Shown here piece after piece: positions 12,973 through 24,349 of a stretch of DNA of 64,000 bases. Below the pieces are notes generated by a model, which saw only the letters and a program-made list of their open reading frames with translations, searched no databases and was not told the origin of the DNA. Source of the DNA: Antedon mediterranea (lineage: Eukaryota > Animalia > Echinodermata); the NCBI RefSeq assembly GCF_964355755.1, contig NC_092670.1, forward strand, positions 1,788,201 to 1,852,200. Direction: 5' to 3'. Every line of letters begins with the position of its first letter. Positions within the stretch are counted from its first letter, which is position 1. Both the position numbers and the translations under genes were made by a program.

Positions 12973-15900
12973 TTATTTTCGACAAGCAGGAACATTGCGC
13001 TTCCAGTCACAAACACGGCCGTTAAATCCGGTTCCAGGAAAACATGCTCGACGAAACAATAATGATTGTGTACAAATGTAAAAATAACCGCAGTCTGTTG
13101 GGTCAACAAAGTATCCATACGGAACTGGACATTCAAATTCTGAACGAAAATATACAGTATTTTATCTTTTTAAGCTGTCTAAATTTAGAATCAGGTTTTA
13201 TACTACACTATTGCTATCTAAACATATTAGACATGCTATATTATACACATTTCATTTATACGAAAAATAAAAAAAATTGACTTAACACAATTTAACATAA
13301 AAGAAATAGTTTACCTTGGGTACCACTAGGGTCAGTTGGTTGCGCTGCAGCCTCGGTTGGTTGCAGATAAGTTGGTTGCGCTGCAGCCTCAGTTGGTTGC
13401 GGATAAGTTGGTTGCGCTGCAGCCTCGGTTGGTTGCGGATAAGTTGGTTGCGCTGCAGCCTCGGTTGGTTGCGGATAAGTTGGTTGCGCAGCAGCCTCAG
13501 TTGGTTGCGGGTAAGTTTGTGGCGCTGCAGACTCGGTTGGTTCTGGTTCAGTTGGTTCTGGTTGACCTGAAAAGTTTACCAACAAAAATTATTTGAAGAT
13601 AATGTGAATGAGTTCAAAGGTTAAAATCAGAATATATATGACAGCAATGATACCTACCATTATTACCAAAATCAAATCAAATCAAATCAAATCTTTATTC
13701 GTTCCATATATATATAAAAAAAATGTACACGGAAAAATTGTTTTCCTCGACAGAAAAATACGGTAAAACATTTACAATTACATCATACATAGAACAAAAT
13801 TACAATTTAAAAACATTAATTAAAACATCCATCAACTGTAAAACTTTAAAATAATATATTGCATGTGCACTATTATGATCTAACAATCTTTGAGTTATAT
13901 TTGGTACAAAAGACAGTCGGTTTCTTGACGTATCGGCTCTAGGAGCCTGTAGACTTATAAAATATCATATCTAATGGATGTTTCTTATCTTCTAAAATTT
14001 TACTTAATTTACGTAGGACCTGTTTTTCATAAAGATATTTTAAATCATTAACCGTACAACCAATTATATTTGATGCTATCTTAGTAATTCTAATGAGACC
14101 TTTCTCGTATGTTTCATTTAAATTACCGAACCGAGCAATAAAAGAGATAACTAGAGTACTGATTGAATAACTGTTTCATAGAATAATTTCAAAGTACAAC
14201 AGCTAACATTAAATTTATTTAGCTTTCTTAGGAAATATAACCTTTGGTGACCTTTCTTAATTATCTCGGCCGTATTTTTTTCAAAGCTAAGTTGATCATC
14301 AATATGTGTACCAAGATATTTGGTTTCATCGTTCAATTGTCTGATCATTAACTATCAGATAACTTTTTCCATTTTTCTTTTTCCTGAAATGCCATTTAAT
14401 TTCTTTAGTTTTATTAAAATTAATCTTAAGGTAATTGTCATTGCACCATGACATTATTTTAACATATTCAGCCTTATACACATGATCGTCAGTATCTTTC
14501 AACAAACCAATCAGTACCATGTCAACTGCGTATTTGATTATATGACACATGCTACATGAAGATCGACATTAGCTAGTATATATTGTAAATAAACTTGGTG
14601 GTAGACAACACCTCTGGGGTGTGCCAGTGTTGATCCTTCTCATCTCTGAGATAGATTTACGAACTTTAACATACTGTAACCGATTTGTAAGAAAATCACC
14701 AACCCACAGAGTAAGGTAAGGATTAACCTTCCATTCAGACATTGTATTCATTAAAATATGAGGCTGCATCAAGTTAAATGCAGATGAAAAGTCTATGACA
14801 AGCCCTCAAGCATAGGTCCCCTTCTTGTCTAAATGTGAAACCACCAGGTCTAACAAGGTTATAATAGCACCATCGACCCTCTATTACATTGATATGCAAA
14901 TTGGTTATTATCCATAAAATCACTACATTCAGATTTCTAACAATCTTCTCAAGAATCTTCATTAGAATAGATGTTAATGCCACTGGTCTGAAGTCGTTAA
15001 TGATTTTAAGGTTACAATTTTTTGAAACAGGTATTATCTCAGAGAACTTCCATAAATCAGGTACCACCCCCGTGTTTAGTAACACTGGAAAAGCTTACCA
15101 AATACACGCTTTATTGTGTTGATGAGGGGGTACTTCCCCTGGCCGCACACTTCACCCGTGAAATCATCAAAGTCAAGACTCCACACCATGGCACCAGCCA
15201 AGCCCTCTGACTTGATCCAATTAGCCTGTAAGCAACATATGTACATATTAAATGACAACCATTTACATAAATGGCATTTGCATAATAAAAATATTTTTAA
15301 AATTAAAGAGTTTTAAATTACTTACAATAACTTCAAAACTTTGTGGGTTGTGATAGCCAACCCATTGGTTGCCTTTATAAGCATAAGGTGCTTTGATGGT
15401 CGAACTGTTACCCTCCCTCCAGTCACTTTGAAGTAATCCACAAATCTGTTTAAAAGATGCAAATATATTCATTTATAAATAACAGCAGAAAATCATGGGT
15501 TTAATTCCAACACTGTAGTCTGTTTAACAAGTTTAATGAAGCAAGCTTATTTATTCAAGACAAAAAAGGAAGAACTTGACTAGGCAATAAAAATTATAAA
15601 AAAAAACCTCTCTAACTTAGCTAAATTTATTCACGAAATTTTGTATTTGTTTAGTTAGGTGTTGATGTTCGATATATAAACTATGTATAAGATACACCAA
15701 ATATGTATGTCTGGAAGTTGACGAGTTTAGTTATTTTATTAAGGTTGAAAGAACATTCTTTCACTGAAAAGGGTCGCCAAAGAAATAAATTATATTGTCA
15801 TTGTCACTTGAATTTAGGGGCACCTGCATTGCATTGCACCAGTATCCATTAGATTCTCATGACACCGTATATAACCATAGCTTCTCTAGAGTTCGATTTT

Positions 15901-18900
15901 GGTTAAATGACCTTTCAGTTCATAGTTTCCAACTTTTTTTTATCGATACATCAATAATAACAATTGCACATTTTTACTATACCTCATAATAGGATAAGAT
16001 ACCAGGTGAGTTAGTGTAAACTCCAGCCTGTCCTGAACCAAAGGACAGAGATCCTAGGCCTGTCACGATGCTTGAAGCTAGCCTGAATGAACGACCATAC
16101 GTAGGTAAACCAACAACCAGCTTATTTTTAGGCATACCGCCACTCAGCCATCGCCAAACTGCCCATGACTAAATTTGAATATAAATCATAACAAATTATT
16201 TGGAGTTATTTTGAATTAAGTTTACACACACTTTTTTCAAAGACCAGATTCTCTAAGAGTGTCATATGATATACTGTAGAGGTAAGGGTCAATACAACTC
16301 TCAAACAAGATGAATAATAAACATTTAGTTCTAAAATCAAATACAAAATTATATTATATTAGCGATACTTACAATGGTCAACTTTGAGTTCCTTGTATTA
16401 TGGGAATAGAGGGCGCTATGGTGGCCTGTGTAATGACCCCAATTGCCATAGAAGTCATAGGCCATTACATTTACCCAATCCAAATAACTTTAAAGAAAAA
16501 ATGTTTGTACTGTTTTATTATTCCTTCATTTGATTATATACACTGTGCCTTTTATTTCAATACCATGGTATATTGTCTTTTACCTTGCCAATCTGGCTAT
16601 TTCATATCCAGCATTGATATACTGTTCACCAGCAGCAACAGCTGCTGTCAGGAGGAGTCGGTTACTACCAGCCGGTCTAACCTCAACATTAAATGCTGCC
16701 CTCAATTCCTTTAAAAAAAATGTTTAATTGTTTATTGAAATATAAATGAAATGGTTGGCCTTACTCTGATGGTCATGTAATTGTACTGATGGACTGGTAA
16801 ATCTTAAGCTCTGTCTACACTATTAAACTAGTTTGACAAAAAAAGCGTGATGTACTCAAATATGGCAGTGATATGACATCATAATGTCCATATATGGGCA
16901 CATCACATAAAGTTTGAGTAGACATATCTTAAGTCCCCTGATTCAAAGCTACTTTGTGGTAGTTATGATAATTATAAAAGGTTTTAGACACAATAGATTT
17001 GGTAAAAAAAAATGATTACCTGTACAAGTGTTGTGAACCTATACTTGTCAACTCCAGAAGGATATTCCCAATCAAGATCAAGACCGTCAAATCCATAACG
17101 GCGAAGGAAGGCTACAGCGCTACGTATGAACTGTTGACGATTTGAAGAAGTAGAAACCATTCGTGAAAAGCCTTCAGTGCCAAAGTTCCAACCGCCGACC
17201 GCTAACAAGACGGACAACTGCAGGTTTTGTTTTTTAGCATTCAAGACCTAGAAAGACAAAGTGGTTATTTGTATCAGTTTGCAAAAGGAATTGAGGTGAA
17301 ATAGAAGATTATTTTGTGCCTTTTTTTCCACCACAATTTGGTTACAAAAATTGGGCAAGTTTTTATATATATATATACTAGCAAGTGGGCAAGCAACATC
17401 TAGCAGACTGGTCTATTTGGGTATTAAGGCAAATGAATTTAAATCAAGTACAGTGAGTACTGTATCAATGTTTTACTTGTACCAATGTATTACCTGTTCA
17501 TATAAGCCTTCACGCCATGATGTTGACAAGTCATTCCACTCTGTCTCAACCAGCTCGTGGTTATTGTTCAGTACAGAAAAGGCATAAATGATGTGTGTAC
17601 AAAGAAACGGATCAATGTTACTTGGTGTGAATTCAGCAAGTCTTCCATTTCTATACTGCGACCAGTTTGTGAAATAGCACACACGTTTTAAATTATCGCC
17701 TTAAAAAGAAAATGCTTTTAAACGAATCTTTAAAGATGTATTGTCCCTTGAAACAAAAAAAATAAAGGCCAAAATATTCTAAATTTAAATTGGCCATATC
17801 AAAGTAATATTAAAGTTATTCAGTTAAAGTCGAAAATTCGAGCCAAAAACAACAAGTTTACATAATTAACATGTAAATTAATTTTATTACATTTCGTCTG
17901 GAAAATCGTCGTGAGTGAAAGTAAACAAAGTATCTATATGGAACTGGACATTCAAATTCTGAATGAAAATATGCAATATTTTATTGTTGCCTAAATTTAG
18001 AATCAGGTTTTATACTACACTATTGCTATCTAAACATATTAGACATGCTATATTATACACATTTCATTTATACGAAAAATATTTTTTTAATAAGAAGCTG
18101 ACCTAATTAACACAATTTAGCTTAAAATAGAGAAGTAGTTTACCTTGAGTACCACTAGGTTCAGTTGGTTGCGCTGCAGCCTCGGTTGGTTGCGGATAAG
18201 TTGGTGGTGCTGCAGCCTCGGTTGGTTTTGGTTTGGTTGGTTGTGGTTGACCTGAAAAGTTTACCAACAAAAATTTATTTCAAGATAATGTGAATGAGTG
18301 GTGGCGGACCTAGCGTCAGAAATTAGTAAGTTAATGTCATACAGATAAAGAAAACGGATTAGTACTTTTTAACTTATTATATTCACATATTTTTACATTT
18401 TCAATTAGAATGGTCACTGGGCAGTATCCTCTGGTCTTTATGTTCATTTTTCAAATTGACCCTGTAGCCAAGACCAAACCCGAGGTCAACTGTACCTTGT
18501 CCACCAAGCTCCTGTTTGATGACATTGAGCAGCGGATACTTCCCTTGACCACACCCTCTCCCTGAGAAGTCATCTAAATCTAAAGACCAAACCATCGCAC
18601 CAGCTAATCCCTCAGATTTTATATACTGGAGCTGGAAAATAATATAATTTAATTTTGAAATTAAAATGAGGTTTACAACATTCAATCAAGTAACACAAAC
18701 ATAAAATAAAATTTATACTAAAAAAAATTACTGTTCAACTTACAATAGTTCTAAAGCTATCTTGATTATGATAGCCAACCCATTGGTTTCCCTTGTAAGC
18801 GTATGGTGCGGCAATTGACGGACTTTCCGCAGACGGACTATCCACAGACGTACCGCCGCTTGATATCATTTGACAAATCTGAAAAAACGACACAAACAAT

Positions 18901-21706
18901 AATGGTTTTGAAAAAAAAAAAATTGATGAACAGCTTTTATGGTACAACAGGCAGCCAATCCTCAGTAGTGTATTTAAATTAGTCCCGAATCATAAGTAAA
19001 TTATGTGATGCTTACATCATACAGTAGGCCTAACCTAACCTTACATGATACAGGCACCATACAGTATGTGATACAGGCACCATACAGTATGTGATACAGG
19101 CACCATACAGTATGTGATACAGACACCATACAGTATGTGATACAGACACCATACAGTATGTGATACAGGCACCATACAGTATGTGATACAGGCACCATAC
19201 AGTATGTGATACAGGCACCATACAGTATGTGATACAGGCACCATACAGTATGTGATACAGGCACCATACAGTATGTGATACAGACACCATACAGTATGTG
19301 ATACAGACACCATACAGTATGTGATACAGGCACCATACAGTATGTGATACAGGCACCATACAGTATGTGATACAGGCACCATACAGTATGTGATACAGAC
19401 ACCATACAGTATGTGATACAGACACCATACAGTATGTGATACAGACACCATACAGTATGTGATACAGGCACCATACAGTATGTGATACAGGCACCATACA
19501 GTATGTGATACAGGCACCATACAGTATGTGATACAGGCACCATACAGTATGTGATACACTAGAGATGCTGTATTATGTAATTTGCTTATGATACTGGAGA
19601 AATATAGTCACATAATGTTGAGATACAGTACAGACAAGCTGGCGAAACAGGCACTCAAATAATCTGTGTAATCTCAGTCAATTCTATGATTTAAAAGCCT
19701 TTAGGGCACATTTACTTTTACAACAGTGCATTATAGTATGATCAATTTAATTTTTAAAATATTGATGACACTAAGATGTAACAAATGACACACCTCATAG
19801 TACGACAAGAATCCTGCCTCTCTTGTGTGTTGGCCTTGATCTCCACCACCGTTTGCTGCAGACCCTAAACTTGTTTTTGATGAACTTCTCAGTTTAAATG
19901 ACCTTCCATATGTAGCCAAGCCAATCACAAGTTTGTTTCTTGGTGTTCCAGCAATAAGCCACTTCTCTGCTGCCCATTTCTTTTGTAATAATGATAAAAA
20001 TGTACGGTCAATTCTCAGATCGGGAACTTGAAAGACAACTATAATATTTTACGTGAGAGAAGCAAGAGAGTGGTGTTCAAAACTAAAAATCATCAAGTTA
20101 ACAAAATACTTTGAATGTTACATACAATTGTAAGTTTTCGGTTGTTGGCAGATGAATCGTGTGAATAGAGGGCGCTGTGATGTCCAACAGTTGAATCCCA
20201 GCTGCCATGAAGATCGTAAGATAGAAGTCCTATCCAATCTAGTTCCCTGAAATTCAATGTTTTCAAAAAATGTTAAAGCCTTTCATTAAAGGTTTGTGGA
20301 AATATCAATATATGATGCCAATCTGGGGCATTTACTATTATGTACTACTAATGACTTACGTTGCTAATTTAGCAACTTCATATCCTCTGTCAATCTTAGA
20401 TTCTCCGGCTGAGACTGCTGCCGTCAATAGGAGGCGCTCTTTTCCAGTGGGAATTGCTTCGGCATTAAATGCTACTCTCATTTCCTAAAATTGTAAATAG
20501 CACAATTAACATTAAATGTGCGTGTAGCACTTCGTAGGTAGTCTGCACAGTGTTGCATGTACAGATTTTGAGCTTTGTTATTTTTTGTATTGCAAAATGT
20601 TGTGGATTGTAATTACCTGAACTAGGAGTGTAAAACGTTGTTTGTCTTCTAGTGGGCTACCACGGTCTGCAGGGTACTCCCAGTCAATGTCCAAACCGTC
20701 AAAACAGTGTTTTCTCAGAAATTTGATACTTTTTGTTATGAATTGTTGCCGCGTGTTTGAGGTGGCCACCATTCTCGTAAATCCTAAGCTGCCAAATGTC
20801 CAGCCACCAACGGCCAACAGAACTTTCAGTGATGGGTTCTGTGATTTCATATTAACTACCTAAAAATTGGAAATTTTGAACAATTTATTTAACTCGGTAT
20901 ATTAATTTACATACTTATCTGTTAACAGGAAACATTCATTCTTTGTTCAATGATATTTTCAGACTTAACCTGCTTTTAGTATTATATGATTTTTATATTA
21001 TACCTGAATAATGAAATATGCAAAAAGTGTTACCTTTTCGTACATACCAACACTCCATGATGTGGATTCGTCGTTCCATTCATACGCCTGCAGGCTGTTG
21101 CCAGAACCGATCTTTGCAAACGCGTACACAATATGAGTACACAAATAGGGGTCGATGTCTTCAGGCACAAATTTGGCTACATCTGCCGATCTGTACTGCG
21201 ACCAATTTGTATAGTAGCAGATGCGATAGTATGCTTGTACATCTAAGGACAAAATGTGATATTTTGAATCTAACAACACTTATACCTAGATTCTTGGAAT
21301 TAGTAGATGAGCACCTTATCACCACATTACCATTATATCGATTAACTATTTTAAATTTAATTACACTTACTTAAAATGTTGGCAAGTAATACCAACAGTA
21401 GCACAACCAGCAAACTGTATTCCTACGAACAAAAACATTTAAAAAATATATATACAGTACTTTGGTAAACAATTTCCTATTTGCAGAATATAATCATAAA
21501 GTTTGGCGATAAACAATTTGAAACATTGCATAACACTTGAGGTCGCTGTAAACTTTCATAGCCGAAAATGATTGGTCAAAAAACCAAATGACATCACACG
21601 TACACTAACATGTATGTTTGGCTTGTTTGCAAAAAGCTATATGCGCCCATCTAGTAGAAAACCTACAAAGAAAACCTATGCCTGTCTAAAAATATCATCC
21701 TACCAT
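12973..21706 (-). CDS. Secreted GH18 chitinase: signal peptide, GH18-1, PT linker, GH18-2, PT linker, CBM14 (possibly two fused genes)
   Basis: ATG|gt at 21706-21704; signal exon about 21422-21371 ([17 protein letters not shown]). GH18-1 exons about 21243-18496 ([37 protein letters not shown]); linker exon 18251-18144. GH18-2 exons 17699-15099 ([25 protein letters not shown]); linker exon 13566-13315. Terminal exon 13139-12973 reads [55 protein letters not shown] (6 Cys). Confidence 0.88.
13325..13566 (-). repeat. Coding 36-bp tandem repeat ([12 protein letters not shown])n, mucin-like chitinase linker
   Basis: Lies in a 252-nt phase 1-1 exon bounded by ttttcag and gtaaac. Confidence 0.88.
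13669..15090 (-). mobile_element. Degenerate 5'-truncated non-LTR retrotransposon (Rex1/L2-like) in a chitinase intron
   Basis: Frameshifted RT pieces [37 protein letters not shown] and [13 protein letters not shown]; 3' aataaa plus (gattt)n tail. Confidence 0.88.
16807..16929. mobile_element. Harbinger-like MITE (agctctgtctacacta family), degenerate copy
   Basis: Same family as 24275-24469 and 51755-51911. Confidence 0.7.
17734..17930. mobile_element. Truncated TTAA-site (Kolobok-like) MITE, left part only
   Basis: ttaa|agatgtattgtccc terminus; body matches 60630-60793, then stops abruptly. Confidence 0.8.
17924..17958 (-). pseudogene. Vestigial 5' stub of a CBM14 exon ([12 protein letters not shown])
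   Basis: Near-identical to 13104-13139, including the acceptor and the upstream intron. Confidence 0.85.
19044..19558. repeat. 23-bp minisatellite (tgatacaggcaccatacagtatg), about 22 copies, chitinase intron
   Basis: Read directly; g/a variant units; absent from the paralogous intron near 48680. Confidence 0.95.
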
Positions 21707-22266
21707 CTTTGTATAAACGCCAGATATGCCGATGGTTGCTGTGACCGTGGTGGCATCATACTGAGTACAGACTTAATTACTTTGCTTATATACCACTAAG
21801 ATGTCTAACAGCTAAACTATAGTGCATTTGTTGTGGTATTTGCTTAAATCCAGTTGTTAATTCTACTAAGATCAAAACGAATCGGCAGATCAAACTAAAG
21901 AAAGACATATGTACAAAGATTAAATTATAATCTTGTTGAACTATGAAACAACCTAAAAAGACATTCATTCTGTGCATGTACAGTAGCGTGTATTGTGGTT
22001 TTGTATACAATCAATAGGCTGTCTCTTTTTTAATTTTGTAGTTTATAATTAACTTTATTCTAAATGTGATGATCAATTTAATCTGGTCTTAAATCATAAT
22101 TGAATTAAAATAATAAAAGCAATTCTACAAACTTTCATATTACATTTTAAAAAAACTGAGAAACAGGCAAATCTGCGACAATTATTTATGGTAATGATTT
22201 TATTTCATAAATATAAACACTTTTTTAAATGTAAAAAAACATACTTACAAACATACATACATACAA

Positions 22267-24315
22267 TCAGTTGTTCTTGATTTGTACTTTCCACAACTCC
22301 TAAATAAAATTAAAAATAAATAAAGAAATATAATTCATCACATTTAGAGCTAAAGATCATTATTCAAATTAGACTAAACCGATTTTTCTCAGCCAACACT
22401 TTAATACTATTATAGTTATGTCTCAATTATTTTTAAAAACTGGTGGGGGTGGAAAGTGGTGGGGAAGAAAAAAATGTAACAATTAATACTTCTGATATAA
22501 ATGCTGTTACAAGTTGAGAAAGAGTTTGTTGCGAGAATAGTACATACCAATTGTGGTGTTATTTTGTATTCAAACCTCTGCTTCCAGTCAATTGAAATCT
22601 GTTCAATTTTCAAATTGCAAATTTGCAGTTTTAATTCACTCAAACAACTTTGAAAGAAGTCATACTCTTTACAAGTAACGTCCAAGTCTTCTAATGTAAA
22701 GTTTAATCTAAGAAAAAAAGTTTAAACTTAGAAAAAAGTTTAATCTTAGGAAAAAGTTCAATCTAAGAAAAAAGTTCAATCTTAGAAAAAGTTCAATCTA
22801 AGAAAAAAGTTCAATCTAAGAAAAAAGTTCAAAGAAAAAAGTTCAATCTTAGAAAAAAGTTCAATCTAAGAAAAAAGTTCAATCTTAGGAAAAAGTTCAA
22901 TCTAAGAAAAAAGTTCAATCTAAGAAAAAAGATCAATTTTAGAAAAAGTTCAATCTTAGGAAAAAGTTCAATCTAAGAAAAAAGCTCAATCTTAGAAAAA
23001 TGTTAAATGTCAAAAAAAAGGTCAAATCTGAGAAAAACATTCAATATTAGAAAAACATTCAGGCTAAGAATTTTTTTTTTTTCATTTCTTTATTCGAATT
23101 CATAAATAACACAACATAAAAAAAATACAAAGAATGAATTCAGGGTAACACAAAAAAGTAACCAAAGGTCAAACTTTATTCCATTGTGAAAAAAGTTCAA
23201 TCTTAGAAAAAAGTTCAATCTTAGATAAAAGTTCAATCATAGACAAAAAGTTAAATATTATGAAAAGTTCAATCTTAGAAAAAAGTTCAATCATAGAAAA
23301 AAGTTCAAACTTAGAAAGAAGTTCACTCTTTAAAAGTTCAATCTAAGAAGATAATCTGAGCTACAGTATGTTTTAGTATTCTCTTGGATGTGTCATGTCA
23401 TTTTTCTTGGATTTTCTTACCTTTTTTCTGTTGCTATGTAAACAGCCTGTAAATTTTTGCTACTTTTGATCAATTCAGAGAGTTTGTAGAAGAAAGCTTC
23501 TGTCAATGTGTTGTCATAAATTACTAAAACACAAAATAAACAATAGCTATGTCAAATTAACAACTGCTTCTAATTTGTACTGTAGTATTTTACAATAGAA
23601 GGAACATTTTAAATGGTCTCTCATTAGAGGGGTCTTTAATTGGAGTTATGGTATTTTCTAAGATAAATCTAAAAGTCTGTAATAGTGTGTTTGACTGCCA
23701 TGTTTCTGGTTGTGGATTCAAAGTCAAGTGGCTATATGATTATCAGATTAAGATACGGAAATCTTTGTATTACAACAAAAACAAGTCTGTCTAATTGACG
23801 TTCCACAACTGAGACTGCGGATCATGTGAAGTTTAAGGGATTTATAACTTGTTGTTATGAGTTAAATATTTTCGAAACCAACAGGAGTTGAAAGGTGAAT
23901 GAAAGGTTATATAAAATGGAGCACTGGTCAATTTGTGAAGAGATTATTGTTGAGACTGATCATGATAATCCTATTAATCCACACTTGAGATTAACACTAC
24001 AAGCAATAGAAATGGCCAATCACCATCAGCTGCGATGATAAAATCGACATTTGACAAAAGATTTAGCTCCTCCACGAGCCAATCAAATTGACTGGTGCTT
24101 TCTGTTGAGTCATTCATCTTAGTCCCTTAAAAAAAAATAAATTGTGGTTATGAAAAATATTAGGAAGGATATGAAGAAAAGGAAGAATGTGAATTAGATT
24201 GGAAGAAAACAAAGAGCAGGGAAGGGACAAACTGTTTGACAGATGCTATGGAACCCTCTACCTTTAAAACATTAAGCTCTGTCCACACTATCAAACTTTA
24301 TGTGACAAAAACGTG

Positions 24316-24349
<34 letters not shown>

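Noticed and set aside
19001-19559. Three-frame ORFs or CRISPR-like array
   Set aside because: Head-to-tail 23-bp units with no unique spacers and no cas genes, inside a eukaryotic intron.
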